From Lama glama (lineage: Eukaryota): a stretch of DNA of 64,000 nucleotides. This document shows positions 12,701-27,049 of this stretch, piece after piece. Below the pieces are notes generated by a model. The model did no database searches. It saw only the letters and a list, made by a program, of their open reading frames with translations, and had not been told where the DNA came from. Position numbers and translations under genes: made by a program. How positions within the stretch are numbered: position 1 is the first letter of the stretch; every line of letters starts with the position of its first letter. The stretch lies in assembly GCA_028534125.1 (NCBI GenBank), contig CM052832.1, forward strand, positions 20,710,001 through 20,774,000, in the 5' to 3' direction.

Positions 12701-15629
12701 AGGAATAGTACGGAATTAAAATTTTGCTTTGGGATTATAACTCCACAAAATGTAAATCAGAAAAAAGCTGTGAATTCCAAAAAGTGTGTGAGATGCTGAG
12801 CCAAAAAATGAGATTCTCTCCCACAGAAGTTATCAGAGACTTAACTATGCAAATGAACATTATGATTATCCCCGAGGAAGCCACAGTCAATGGTAGAATC
12901 CCTCTTAACCTAACTGATCAGCACCAGTAGTTTCTCTGTTAACTGAAAAAGTCCTTCAAACACATTTTCCCATGCTTCTCTTCCTTTGTGGCCATGGCCT
13001 CTATGGAGAGGACCAGCGAGTGGAGTTTCCAACATCCCCCACCTTTTTTTCCCCCCCAAATCAAATGTATTACACATCATCTATGATTACTAAATTCAAT
13101 TCCTTTAAAGTAAAATAATACAAAGACACTGAAAGGAAATCTGAGTACAAACTCCTAAGTTTTACTTTTTGAAGTGTTTACATTTGGTAGACCATTCCTA
13201 ATTGGAAAATAATGTGTTTAGACTCAAGGGTCCTATTAAAGTATTCGATTTTTGTTTTTATTGAAACAGCCCTCTTATCACACTCCTATGTCATTGATTT
13301 ACAAAGTATTTCATTACATCATAGAGTCATAACAGCAGGCACCATGGACATTACCCAGTAGGAGGACTCACAAAACTGTGGGCAAGCAGTAACTCACTTG
13401 GAGGGAGCTGTGACGGGCTGGCTGCAGAGGGCTCCCGGCCCTGGGGTGACTACTCAGCCAGCTGGGGAATGTTCTAGAGGAGAACAGAAGACATCCCTAC
13501 AGTTGGAGGGTTAACTAAGTGGGGGTCACTTGTGTAGAGGTTCACATGTGATGAGGTTCCATGAAAGACATTGTTGAGGACCTTGATTTGAAAGGTCATA
13601 AAGCCTCTTTCAAATCTAAAATCATTCGGGATCATTAAGAAAAAATTCTGTGAAGTTTTTTTCTCACCATATGTCCTGTTTTCTCAACAAGACTACAGGG
13701 CCTGTTTAGGTAGGAAATATGCTTTCAGCTTATTTGTACCCCATGGATGAAATGCTGCAATGTTGTACTAAGAAAAGGTGTTTACAATATATATTTAAAC
13801 ATAATAAATGAATTAATGTATTACAACCTGACTGATGTAGACAAAAATGTCTTTAATATAAGATGATCCTGGCCACAATATTTTCTCTGTCTGAGCCATC
13901 CAAAGGCTTTTATCAGATATCCTGAATTTATTTTGCTTTTTTCCAATTAGGATGGAATGGAATGGAATGGTTTGGGAAAGTTCAAGGCACTGTCTCATTT
14001 ATAATTAAATGTAAGCTGACCATTAAGATTTGGTAAAAAAAAAAAATACTGCTCTTAATTTCACTGGAAGCACTGATCTGTCACCCAAAAGCATTTAGGC
14101 AGACATGAATGATTTATTGATACAGCATCTGCCTGGGTTCAAAATAAATTTGCAACCCATGAGGCATTTACAAAGCTACAGCAGAAAATATGCAATCTAA
14201 TTAGAATTTAAATAATGATCAGGACTCCAGTGATGACTTTTCTTGCACTCCAGCCCAAGAATTTTAGACCTGTTTCTAATGTGAGTAGTAAGCAACAGAC
14301 AGTTGCTTCAGATGTAGTAACTGAAGAAAACTCTAAGCTCACTCATGTTTACAAACTAAACACTGCAATTATTGTAACTGGCCAGTTTTATAAGCAAAGA
14401 GCAGTGGCATTAGGCTGAATATTCTTCAAACAACAAAATAAAAACCTTCAAAGATTGTATTCTACCATTACACAACAGACATCACAAGTTCTACATCACA
14501 GCTGTCTAAGTTAATTTGGAAATCAGAGTGTCCATGGAAAGTTACAAAATGGATGCAGGTAACAAGAAAAATAAATAAATCTCCCTAATATTCAAGTTGT
14601 GTTGGAAAGCAAAGATCTCCACAGCTACCGCTTTTCAAACTTTCACCAGTAAGAAAGCTGGGTTCACTGGATTCCAGAAAGCCTCTCTGTCCCCAAACCT
14701 CCCTCCAGATTTGAACTGGCACCAGTTAGAAGCAGGTAACTGCCAGGCAGCACAGACTAAATATCAGTGGCTCCTTAAAACTTAAAACAACGTAAATGCC
14801 CACTCTCCCACCGCTAGCCATCCAAAGAGATTCGTCTCTATGTCTTCAGTTATTCCCGTCTCATTAGAAGTGCCTGAAAAAATAAGGTCCAGGAGGAGAA
14901 ATGAAGGGATGCATCTATATCCCTCATTATCTATGGTTTCAGGCAATCTGTAATCTTTGCAAATTGCTAACAACGAAAGAGGTGTTTATAAATAACAGGA
15001 GAAGTAAGCTAAACAAAACCAGAGCCAACGTTTGCACTTCTGTTACTCGCCACTGTTTGCACCGGGAGCCAACAAACTTCACCGATGAACTAACTACTGA
15101 CAAACACAAACCAGACTCGCTTTCCTCATGGCGAATGCTCGCCAACAGATGCACTTCTCCTCTTTACTGATATAAACAAACAGAGTTACAAGGGAGCAAC
15201 TTCTCTCCTCTCGGTATCGCACATGCAGAAGTAAATACCCAAGTAATACTGTGATTTGTAAGCGATCTTTCGGGGAAAACGTAATGAAGGCTAAAAGACA
15301 AACATTCCTTTAAATCTACACAGTAAGCACAAGATGAAAATGAGAAGTAGTTTACAATGGGTTTCACAGGAGGGTTGCAGGTTATATAACTTTTTCAAAA
15401 CATGCAGTTATCACTAAGCAGTTATCTGTCATTTCCAAAATACCGTTTTAAAGTATATGTTCTATTATGGCAAAGAACTTAGAACCTGTCAATAATTAAG
15501 ACCAAGTCAAAAATACCATTCCTAGGGAAGAAAATCGGAAAAGGCACACATGAACCTTTCCAGTCACGCAGACCCTTCCACAGAGTAGCAGTAAAACTGG
15601 GTGACAGCTGGGCTATCTTGTTAAATAAA

Positions 15630-16605
15630 CACACGTGGGTTCTAATCCGGGTGCTGCTACATGTATGACTTATGTGACTCAGGGCAGGCGACTCAACCTC
15701 TCAGGTGTTCTGTGTTTTTAAAAACCTTTATGTATTCAATAAATGTTTACTTTCTGAATGCTTACCCAGGGCCAGAATCTGCATTACAAGGTGAAAATAC
15801 CTTAATAAACAAGACAGGTGAGATCACTGATTCCATTAAGAGTACAGAAAAAGACAGATATTTGAAGGAGTAATTGCAACCCTGAAGAGCATGTTGAAAG
15901 GGCAAGGATGGGCACATTGTGAGCAGTTAACCGGGGGAACTGGTCTAAAAGGTTACAAGTCACTGTCCAAGGAGCTGCCATATAAGCTAAAAATCTAAAG
16001 GGTAAGTGGGCAAAAGCTGATGAAGTCATAGGAGGAGGCGTTCTAGGCAAAGCAAACAAGAGAGAGCAAGACAGTGGAGGATCACAGTGGATTCGAGGAA
16101 CTGATCAAGTCTGGTGTGGCTGGACTGGAGAGAGGACAGGGCAGGAGTGAGGCTGCGGCCAGGGCCAGGGGAGACCTAGGAAGAGTGTCAGAGGAAGAGG
16201 GACTTTATTCTAAGGACACAGGGAAGGGTTTACGGAGCGGAGACACAATTATGTTTGTGTTTTTAAAGCGAAGTCTAGCTGAAGAACAGAGCCTATATGA
16301 GAGGAGGCAAAAGGGGATTCCAGGGGTATTAATTAGGAGGCTGTTGATTATCCAGGAGAGGGATGGATCAGTCTGTGGTAGAAGGTCAAGAAAGAAACAG
16401 ACGAATTGGTAAGAGATTAGGAAAAAGAATGGTTAAAATTTACAACAAACCATATATAGGAGGAATAAGGAAAGCAAGAGAGAAAGATTCTCCAGCTATA
16501 AAATAAGGATCATCCCTGCCACATATGATTGTGTGAATAAAAATGTAAATGTGACAATGTATAGTACACATCTCTTACACTGCCCAGTGCATAACAGAAA
16601 CTCAA
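15630..16605. mobile_element. MIR (+; 15630-15718 and 16497-16605) interrupted by an L2 (-; about 15725-16495)
   Basis: The MIR core halves are contiguous in consensus (aacctctc...gtttt then ctataaaataaggat); a reverse L2 tail (tattcaataaatgtttact) lies between them. Confidence 0.6.
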
Positions 16606-18147
16606 AAAAAAAGAAAAAGAGGAAAATGCCTATTTTTGAAGTGAAATAAAATTTCATGCTTCTCACAAGTGATGCGAGTCGCATTTTTTCTCTGGGCCAA
16701 ATCCCTCATCTTTGACCTTGTACGTTGTGTGCAAGAACCACAGCCCCCCAGTGCAAATGGAAGTGAACGTGGCAAGTGGTGCAGTGCTCACTCTGTGGAG
16801 ATCACCTACACTGAGTCTACCAGGTTATGAATGGTCCACCTTTGCATGTTGGCAGGCATTCAACATGTAGACAGCCAATAAAGTATCTTCTCAACGTTAT
16901 GAGAAGATACCTCAATCAGTTTAGTGAGATTTCTAGTTTAAATTTATGAAGACAATCAAGGCCATGAGTCTGCATTCTTTTCCAGGAAGTCTATTTTTAC
17001 CACTATGGGTTAAACCTTCAGGATGAAATCCTTTGGGATTGAATAAAATCTTGAGACACCACATAGTTTCCACCCCACAATGACCAAGGCCAGGCTCTTG
17101 GAAGTGGCGGGGGCGGGAGGGGGACGCGGCAGGGTAGCAAGCTGCAGAACCATGTTTGACTCACACACAGAGTACACACAGACTGAGCTGGCCACATGTT
17201 GACCTCCCTGGAGGGCAGGGCACAGGAGAACAATCCCAAGGCAGATAGAGCCTGTCCTGTTTCTTGAACCAGAGACACAGACCATCACTAGCACCAAGCA
17301 GGAGGGTGGCCTTTCTATATTACAGATTAACATGCATATATTATACCCCATATTTCTAAGGATGTGGTTCTAATAAAAGAATTTCTAAATTTGTAAGACC
17401 TGCATATCATTATGCAAAATGATTATTTTCTCCCTGAGTATTCTATTGTGCCATTACCATGGAGTCACATCTTACGCAGCAATTAAGTCAGTGGGGGAAA
17501 AATGCAGACAGAAAAAAGTTATTCTTGGACATTCTTTAAACCACCCACAAAGAATGGTATATACATGGTTTGAGACATACTTTATAGCCTTACTATGAGC
17601 CTCACACAGTCAGCTTTTCATCCAGTATTGAAATAAACTGCTGTTTGTTAAGTGGAAAAACCAGATGAAACACCAGGACTATGTTCAGTGGCTTTCTTGT
17701 TAAAAAAATAAATAAAATAAAATACATTTTCTGTTTCCTACTTTTTTTCAAGCACATGTTAGTTGAGTAAGTGAAAGCCACTGCATACAAAAGTACTTTT
17801 TAAAAAAATCTATTTTCAAAATTGACATTCAAAGTCCCACTCTAATTATTCAAAGGAACTTTCAAGAATAATTCGAATAAATGTATTATCTAATTTAACT
17901 AGGAAATTAGCTAGCCCTTCTTTTCCATGCCGTTAGAAACAATAAAATAGCACTGACCAAATTACTTCCATTCTTAATGAACTGGAATGTTAAATGTGCA
18001 GAAAAATGGGGAAAAATTTTAAGATTTCCCTCTGCTTTTCTCACTCATATATGTACATAAATCCAAACTGACCCCAAAGTCAGCTCATTCTAGTCTTTCA
18101 TTGATTCTCATTTAATTTTAGAACTGGAAGACAAATTCAAGATTATC

Positions 18148-18560
18148 TGCTGAGCCAGGTTCCTTCTCTTTGCCCCTCCAGACATACTCTCTGCCCTTCT
18201 ATGCCCTGTTTCCTGCCTCCATGGGGTGAACTCCATGGGACACATCAACAGGCCCCCTTACCCTCAGTCTTCCTCTTGGGATCAGCAAATGGGAAGCCCT
18301 GGCAGGAGATGGATGAAAGGAAAAAAGGAGAATGAGGCTAGTAACTTATTCCCCCAGCTGTCCTCTTTAACGTTTGCCCCAGATGCAAGTCACAGCTGCT
18401 TGACGATGTCCTCCTCTGCAAGATTACATTCAGGTCCCAGAGATGCCCCCTCTTCTTAGGGTGATACCAGCTCATCGAATGCCATCCAGTTCCCGTAACT
18501 TGATAAACACTCCTGAAACATTCAAATTTCAGGGCGCTGTCTGCTTTCTATTCAAACTCC
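18148..18560 (-). mobile_element. LTR33/LTR16-like ERVL LTR, followed by a MIR(-) fragment at about 18570-18690
   Basis: tttgcccctccaga...catcaacaggcccccttaccctc...gaatgaggctagtaacttattcccccagct. Confidence 0.6.
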
Positions 18561-18719
18561 AAATGATAAAATTTAATTTCACAGATGAAAAAACTGAATC
18601 TGAGAAAAGTTAGGTGTCATGTCAAGGTAGCATGATTACTTAGCCAGTCAGTGAATGGCAGAGTGGAAATACACCAGAACACTCCATTGCCAGTAATAAA
18701 AGCTTCCCTGAAACAAGTT

Positions 18720-19100
18720 AGACAGAAAGGTGGAGATGTTCATTGGACCACAGAGCTGGGAAGTTCAATGGAACTGAGTTTGAGCATGGACAGACACAGG
18801 AATCTGACCTATGTCATCAGGACTGTGTCTCTTTTCTCCATTCCTCTGCTTTGTCTACATTGACTTCATTTTCAGGCAGACTGTCCCCACAGGAAGGAAA
18901 ATACAACTACTGGGAGCTATAAGATTACTCCTCCCCATAGTTCTAGCTAAGTCCCACAGATGAGTGTAGCTAAGCCAGCATCACTCGCATTCCCACCCAT
19001 GAATGAATCAGTGAATTCTGATTGGTCAGCTCCAAACAGCTGGCCATCTCTTGACTAGGATAATAGTCCCCCCCCAAAAAGGCACGGACCCAGGGAAGGA
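18720..19100 (-). mobile_element. MLT1K/L-like LTR fragment
   Basis: atgtcatcaggact...ttgacttcattttcaggcagact...ttctgattggtcagct. Confidence 0.45.
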
Positions 19101-22100
19101 ACAGTTGGTTTCTGAAAGAAAATTTAAAGAGAGAGAGAGAACTATTCCCCAGAAGTAGCGGTGAAAGGAATACTGTACAGGCAGAACCAACATATATCTG
19201 GTACACAGAAGCAAGAACAGAGTTAGTTACTCTCAATCCCATTCAACTTATGTTTCACTATGGCACATACATAAACCAAGTAATACTGACCCAAAATGAA
19301 CTTTGTTTCATGGAAGCAAAAGAAAACAATCAAACTATAAATACCAATGACTGACATCAGTCTGGTAGTTAGAGAGGATTTTCACATACATTATCTCATT
19401 TAACCCAGTTATTCCAGATTTGGAATTTCAAATTCCTTGCCTAAAGCACTTTTCAAGGTCAGACAAATGGCTGTGAACTTTGAGAATCCAAAGGTTATTT
19501 CCAAATGCTTCAATTGTGTTCACATGTTGTTAAGAAACTACAGTGTAAACATTTGGGGAAAACTCACAGTTGTCATTTTTATTGTGCTAAGAATTGCTGT
19601 GGAAATTCAGCCAGAGACCCATCAAGATATATTTCTGGGCCAAAGGCCAAAGTTCTTGGACTGGCCATGTCTTCTTTTCTGCAAACGGCATTTTACCCAG
19701 GACCCAGGGGTCAGTCTAATACTAAAAATACAGCTCCCCCCGCCCCTTTGAAAACCACTGACCAAGGCTTTTACCATAATATTGCAGAAAGGCATGGATA
19801 TGTGTACTCACTTACCCAGAAATGTGTGGTTAGTATAAGAATCTCAAATGATTGAGAGGTCAAGGGTGGCAAACTCTTGTGATGGTTTTAAGACAAACTG
19901 TGGGTTTGCTCTGGTGAAATTTAGAGGTCAGAAAACTCATGAAGACCCCATGATGAAGTATTTCATTGGGGGGGGCAGTAACAAATACTGTCTGGATTTC
20001 ACTAAGTTTAGAGCAAAAATTAGAATTTGATTTGGAAGTTTGTGAGGAAAGATAATATAAATAACCCTTGAAAAAATATATATACATATATGTGTATATA
20101 TATAACATTTTATATATTATAAATTATATGTATTTATATAAAACTGTTTGTATACAGTTTCAGAGATTTTTCTAAATATTTCAGTCAGGACAACAGCTGG
20201 ATTCTGTACAACTGACAGTCACATCATGTGATGTTTTCAAATGTGCTTTTTTAAAACATGATGGCAACCACTGAGCAAACCCAGTGGGCAGACTTAAGGT
20301 CAGTAATCCCCAGGACAGAGTTTATTTGGTGCTTCAAGTTAGAAAAACTGACAGTGGTACATCTGTCAAACTCCAAAATCTTTTCAGTGCACTTGACATG
20401 AAAGTCAGGTAGAAATACCTGCTCTCTGGAGGGAAAGTCAGGGAGAAGTGGTGACGGATAAGATATGAGGATGATAAAGGAGTGAGTGAGTGAAAGGTGA
20501 CTCTAAAATCTTGAGCCTCTATCTGTGTATTCACTCATCAGTGCTTACAGAGCTCTTTTCTTTTCTATAAACTGCAAAACAGTAGGAGAGAAAGCTGCCC
20601 AAGTCAGCCTGCTTTTTTATGCCAATCAGTTACTGAATAGTGTAAGAAGGAACCATTTCAGGGGATGTAATTTCTTTCTGTAAAGAGTTGGGAGGCGCCC
20701 CTTGGCCTAGAAACTGCATCCAAGGGAATTATCTAAAAGTAAATTCACAAGAACCTGGTGAAGCATTTTTGGAGTTGGAGTTGAAGTGAAATGCAGTTCT
20801 GGCAACCCAGATTCAGTCACAGATGAGTCAGGTTCAGAACCAATTTAGACAAATATCAGTGCATCATATCTGGTCAATCTGGAGTCTCCCCACTTTCTAA
20901 ACAAATAACTGTGTAGTATCATTTAAAACCCACAACTCAGTTTTCATCTCAGTCTGCCAAATGAACTTTGACATGTTAACATTATGTATCCCTCCAACAC
21001 AATATGGTTAATATTTAGCTTCTAGCAAATCAGATAATGTTTTCATGACACACACTTCCTAAGTATTTATACAATGCACTAGTTTACATGCATACATGCA
21101 AACGAGACTATGTATCCTAATGTTATCATAAAACATGTTCAACATATAAAGGAAAAAGTCCTATCCTAGAAAGTTGTATAACATAAAGATATAATTGTAC
21201 AGTACCGACAAGAGTGCAGACAGCCATACAACAGGAACTCAGCAAATACTGTAACAACAACAGAAAAACACCTAACAATACAACCAATTTTCTGGGAATA
21301 AAAGAATCTAAAGGGCTAATTCACATTATCTCTGTGCTTCTTGTTTTATATTCTCCACTAAAATGCTATTCCTCCCATAAAGTGTAAATGATTTGCATTC
21401 CAAAAGCACAGGGTGGAAGAAAGTTTGTCACTCTTGTAACCTAAGTGTACAAGATTATCACAGGTGTAGGCAATTAATAAGCAGATTGCCCTACGCCCAG
21501 AGTCCTGGGGGACCCGTCAAATAGCAGTTAAGAGACATTTGAGATCTCAGCTCAGTTACAAATAGAATTAAGCAGAGAAAACTTATGCACCCTGTTCTCA
21601 TTTTCTCCATTTTCTTTTGAAATTGAGAACACACATAGGAGTCACTTTGAAGTTAGGGCTGCCTGAATATGATATTATTGATTTCCATAACATGTTTTCT
21701 GCTCTGCAATGCGGATGCGCATTTTTCAAACATATTAAGCAAGCCTTTGATCTGATTTGTTCCACCAGAACACTCTATAGAGGCTGAAAACCATTTCTAT
21801 ATAAGGGTTTGCTATGCTGAGGGGAAGAATGCTCTGCTTGAAAGAGGTTGGAAATATCCCATCTGAAAGCTCTTTTCAGTCCTCCTCAGCCTAAACATTT
21901 TACTGAGAGGGGTCAAAGGTCACCAACTGTCAAAACAAAACCAAAATTACACAGTGCTCCTGCAAGGAAGCTAAGCAGAGTGGAAACTCAGAGTTCACCA
22001 ACTGGACTCCTTAATGCAGAATGTAACAACAGTAAAAATGCCCTTAAAAAGCAACAGGTATAGTCTTCGAAATCCTACTGATTTTTACAAGTTGTCCAGT

Positions 22101-25085
22101 AAGTTTAAAAGACTAGCCTCTTAGGTATCAATGTAGAGACTAAACTGAACTATTCTAGAACAGGGAGTGGGGGTCAGTCCAAACTTTGAACTGTCAAAGC
22201 AACCAGTCGGCAAACTCCAAAGCACCAGATGGTTTCATAAACCGGAAAGTTCATAAATCTTCCTTGAAAGTTTCCAATTTCAAAAAGAGTTGCTTTCTTT
22301 GTGGGATTGGGGAGTGGGGAAAAATTTTGCCACTGGGTATCTGACCCACAAAACCCTAATAGCCTTTTAAGCTTTTTTGCTCTACATGCTGGAGACAACC
22401 AGAAGAGAGGCAAAGACAACAAACTCGGAGCACAGCATCACCTGGTAGCCACCTCCCTGTGGAGAGAAGATCAGACTTTCTATTTCTCAACCCTGACTGT
22501 CTCATCGTGGTCATCGCAGCCTAAGGAAGTTCTAAAAGTTTAAACACTGAGGGACTGAGTTAATTGACTCATCCTTCAGTTAGAAAGTTTACAAATTACT
22601 CTGATTTTTTTCAATGTAACACACATATTCAGCAGTAGCCAGAAAAAATAAAAAGTGGGGTGATGGGGGAATGACTTCTCTGAGGTCTACCTGAAAGGAG
22701 GTACACTTTAACTTTTAATGGAGCCAACTGTATCCTCAAGCTTTTAATATACAGATATATTTGAGCGCCCCATTTTCAACTGCCTACCCAGTGAGAGATG
22801 AAGTGGACAGACATAAAGACTACAGAAAACTGGAGGGAAAGAGGAGAAGACCGAAGAGCAATTGGTAGCCACAATGTGAAAAAAGAACTCATTTCATTTA
22901 TAAAGGTCTATGCACATCTGGTGTGCAATCCATTTGTGTACCAACTTGGTCAGGATGGTATTTGACCAGGCAAGAGTTGGCAAAAAAAAAAGAAAAAAAT
23001 GATGAGAGGCTTTAACTTTGCTATGAAAATTAGTGAATCAGGAGAGGGAAACTGTTCTAGGCAGATCTATCTATCCTATATGGCTTGGCCACTGAAACAC
23101 ACAAGCATCACATAGTTTCATGCTCCCATATACATCGCCTTTTCTGTCTGACCCTTCACTGCACATCAGTGTAACTCCATCCTCCTCCGAGATTTCTTCC
23201 TTCCTGTCTAAACACGTGAAAAACTCATCTCCCTGTTTATCACAATGTTCTTGAGAGGACCAAATAAAAGACAGCATGGTTCTCAAACTCCTTTGTAAAC
23301 TATGAAGCTTTGTAATGATTTCAACCATGGTTATTCATTCATTTACTGAAATACACAAAAGATAAGAGTGGAAAGGAAGACATGAGAAATATTAAATGCA
23401 TAAGATCGCTTACCTTAAAAAATTAGGTTCACGATCACTGAATAATCACATTCAAGTATATTAGGGATTATTAGACCAAGGAGGTTTCAAACTCTGTGGA
23501 AAATGAGAAAAAAACATGGGGCGACTTCAAGCTTCAAGGTATGTATAATAAGAAATTCCAACAGTCTGGGTTGTTGAGTCCTGGGATGGATGAATCATTA
23601 AAGGAGACTGTGGTTGGACTTCCCAGGAATTGTATAAGGAGCAGAATGGTCACCGTCTGATGTGGTTCATACTTTGTAACCGAGCAAAAGGAATGAAAGA
23701 GACTAGGTCACCCCAACTATGTTTTCCAGCTCTAAAATGGTCAAAGTAAAAAAAATAAAATAAAATTCTTATGCAAAGTCCCTCTAACTTGCATACAAAC
23801 ATGCACATTTTAATAAGTAACATCTCCTACAAATTGGAAAAATCAGTTTAAAATTCCATCTATTATGCTGACAAATAATAAAAATATTTTCAAAATAGAA
23901 CATGCACTACACAATGAAGAGAAACTGTAAAAGCAGCCGTTTCAGATGAGATTTTTGTGTATAAGACCCTCTAAGAGGTTCAAAATGGACCACAAAGATG
24001 GTAACAGCAACACAAGGGCAAGTTTCTCTGTTTTCGTCCCTAGCCTCACAAAGCCTTTACAACCTGAAGGGTCCAGGAAAAAAAAAACATATTTCGGCCC
24101 AAAACTGCCACCTTCTAGGGACCAGCCAGCATAAACAGTCACAAACCTGCCACATAAAAGTTAATGACATCCTTGTTACGAGATTTCCTCAGCTACACTT
24201 CATGTATATGTGTGTATGCATGCAGACGTGCGTGTATGTTTATTTTTAAAAGTATTCTTAATATTCTTTTGTTTCAAAAAATACAGGAAGAAAGCTAAAA
24301 TTCTCTTCTGATTACACATTGAAATTCTCTTCTTCTTCTCTGATTCTTCTGATTTCAATCTGGTGTGGTATTTTCACTTCTTTCATTCAGATTTTACTCT
24401 GGAAAGAAGAGAATGAAGGTAACAAGACAAGGAGTCTAAATTTTTTTTTATCTCCGCTCACTGGAATGCGGGATTCTACCTCTTGGCTGCATACCATTGG
24501 CTTTACCGTGTGGTCTGTATGGCAGGGAGGGGCATGCACGCACACGCATGAAACCTGCACTGCCGCTCAAGCAGCCCGAAAAACCCCCGACACCGCCGAT
24601 CTCGTCCTGACAGGAGGAGCCCAGCTTGGAGAGCAGAATGCCTCCCTGAGCATTACATTACCTCAGCCTTTTTGATCACCTCAAAAATGCAAGTGAGAGA
24701 GGGGGAGGCTTTTATTCCACACAAGCTGTTTCAAATGATAAGGGACTTTGGCACCTCTGGGGACCAAGCACCCAGTTATAGTAATGATCCTTTTTATAAA
24801 GGCTGGCCTGTTAATTGGTCCTGAAAGAGTTGAAACCTATGAAGGTAAGAGAAAGATAAAAAAGAGTCTTATGAAAACTGAAGCTGGTGGATGAGGGACT
24901 TTTTTGTCCACCAATAACTACTTAAATATTAACCCTTTTGTTTAAATGGTACTTAAGCCATCAAAAAACTTCTGCATTCTGCCTATCTCAGAGGATAGCG
25001 TGAAGGACAAGTTTATTTTTTCCCCCTCACAGACACTAATACAAATATATCAAATGTCACAAATGTGACTAGTATGAAGAGTAAG

Positions 25086-27049
25086 TATTTTTTGAGGTAT
25101 AATCGACAAAATTGTAAGATTAGTGTATAATATGATAATTTGATATATGTATATATTGTGAAAGAATTCCCCTTTCTTCTGAGTTAAGTAACACTGTCAT
25201 CACCTCACATACTTACCGTTTATTTTTGAAGAGGACACTGAAGTGCCATTCTCTCAGACAAATTCAATTACACAACACAATCTTGTTAGTCACCATGTTA
25301 TACATGGGGATCCTCAGACTCTATTAATCTTATAAGTGAAAATGTGTAACCTTTTACAAGCTTCTCCAGACCTAGGCAATCACTTTTCTATTCTGTTTCT
25401 GAGTTCAACTTTTTTTTTTTTAGATTCCAGACATAAGTGAGATCATATGGTTTTTGTCTCTCTCTGTCTGATTTATTTCACTCAGCATAATGCCTTCTAG
25501 CTTCATCCATGTTGCCACAAATGGCAGGATTTCTTTCCTTTTTAATGGCTAAATAATATTCCATCACGCACACATATCACATTTTTTAATCTGTTCATCT
25601 GTTGACAGACATTTAAGTTGTTTCTATATCTTGGCTATTATGAATAATCCTGCAATGAACATGAGAATACAAATGTATCTTTGAAATAATGATTCAATTT
25701 CCTTTGAATATATACCCAGAAGTGGAATTTCTAGATCATCTTGTAGTACTAATTTAGATTTCTTAAGGTACCTCCATAGTAGTTTTCTATAGTGGTTGTA
25801 CCAATATACATTCCCACAAACAGTGTATAGGAGCTCCCCTTTCTCCATACCCTCATCAAAATGTATTTCTTGTCGTTTTGGTAACAGCCATTTTAACAGG
25901 TGTGATATGATAGCTCTTGTGATTCTGATTTGCATTTCCCTGATATTAGTGATGTTGAGCATCTTTTTATGTACCTGTTGGCCATCTGTATGTCTTCTTC
26001 AGAAAGAAATGTGTCTATTCAAGTAAAGTTACAGGATATAAAATCAAATGCAAAACTCAGTTGGGTGTCTATACACCAAAAAAAACTATCGTAAAGAGAA
26101 ATAAAGAAAACAATCCCATTTACAATTGCACCAAAAAAATAAAATACTTAGGAATAAATTTAAGTAAGGAGTTGAAAGATCTATACACTAAAAACTTTAA
26201 GACACCGGTGAAGGAAATCAGAAAAGACAAATAAAAGGAAAGATATTTGATGCTCATGGATTGAAGGAATTAATACTGTTAGAATGTCCATACTACCCAA
26301 GGCTACCTACAGATTCAGTGCAACCTCTATAGAAATTCAAAGGCATTTTCATAGGAATAAAAAAAAAATTCTAAAATCTGTATAGAATTACAAAAGACAC
26401 TAAATAGCCAAAGCAACCTTGAGAAAGAAGAACAAAGATGTAGGCATCACGGTTTCTGATTTCAAATCATATTATGAAGCTATAGTAATCAAACAAGTAT
26501 AGTATTGGCATAAAAACAGACACACAGATCAACAGACCAGAACAGAGAGGCCAAAAATAAACACACACACATATGGTCAATTAACTTATGACAAAGGAGC
26601 CAAGAATATCCAGTGGGGAAAGACAGCCTCTTCAATAGATGGAATTGGGAAAACTGGATAGTCATATACAAAAGGATGAAACTGTAACCCCACCTTGTAC
26701 CATACACAAAAAAATCATCTCAAAATGGACCTGAAACCATAAAATTCATTGAAGAAAATATTGAGAGTAATCTCCTTGACATTGGTCTTGGCAATGAGTT
26801 TTTGGGTTTGACACCAAAAGCAAAGGCAACAATAGAAAAAAATTAACAAGTGGGATTCCACCAAGCTAAAAAGTTTCTGCACAGCAAAGGTTAACTATCA
26901 ATCAAATGAAATGGCAGCCTATGGAATGAGAGAAAATATTTGCAAACTACATATTCAATAAGGGCTCAATATCCAAAATATATTTTAAAAACTCATGCAA
27001 ATCAATAGCAAAAAACCCCAAATAGTTCAACTTTTTTAGATAAGCAAAG
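25086..27049 (-). mobile_element. 5'-truncated and 5'-inverted L1 (L1MA-type 3'UTR plus ORF2 remnant)
   Basis: 25086-26023 is the L1 3' end on - (track ORF 25624..25962 resembles the ORF2 C-terminus); 26024-27049 is upstream ORF2 sequence on +; TSD gaagagtaag at 25076-25085 and 27050-27059. Confidence 0.9.

Noticed and set aside
13950..13972. (GGAAT)n satellite-like run
   Set aside because: Only about four units; a trivial simple repeat.
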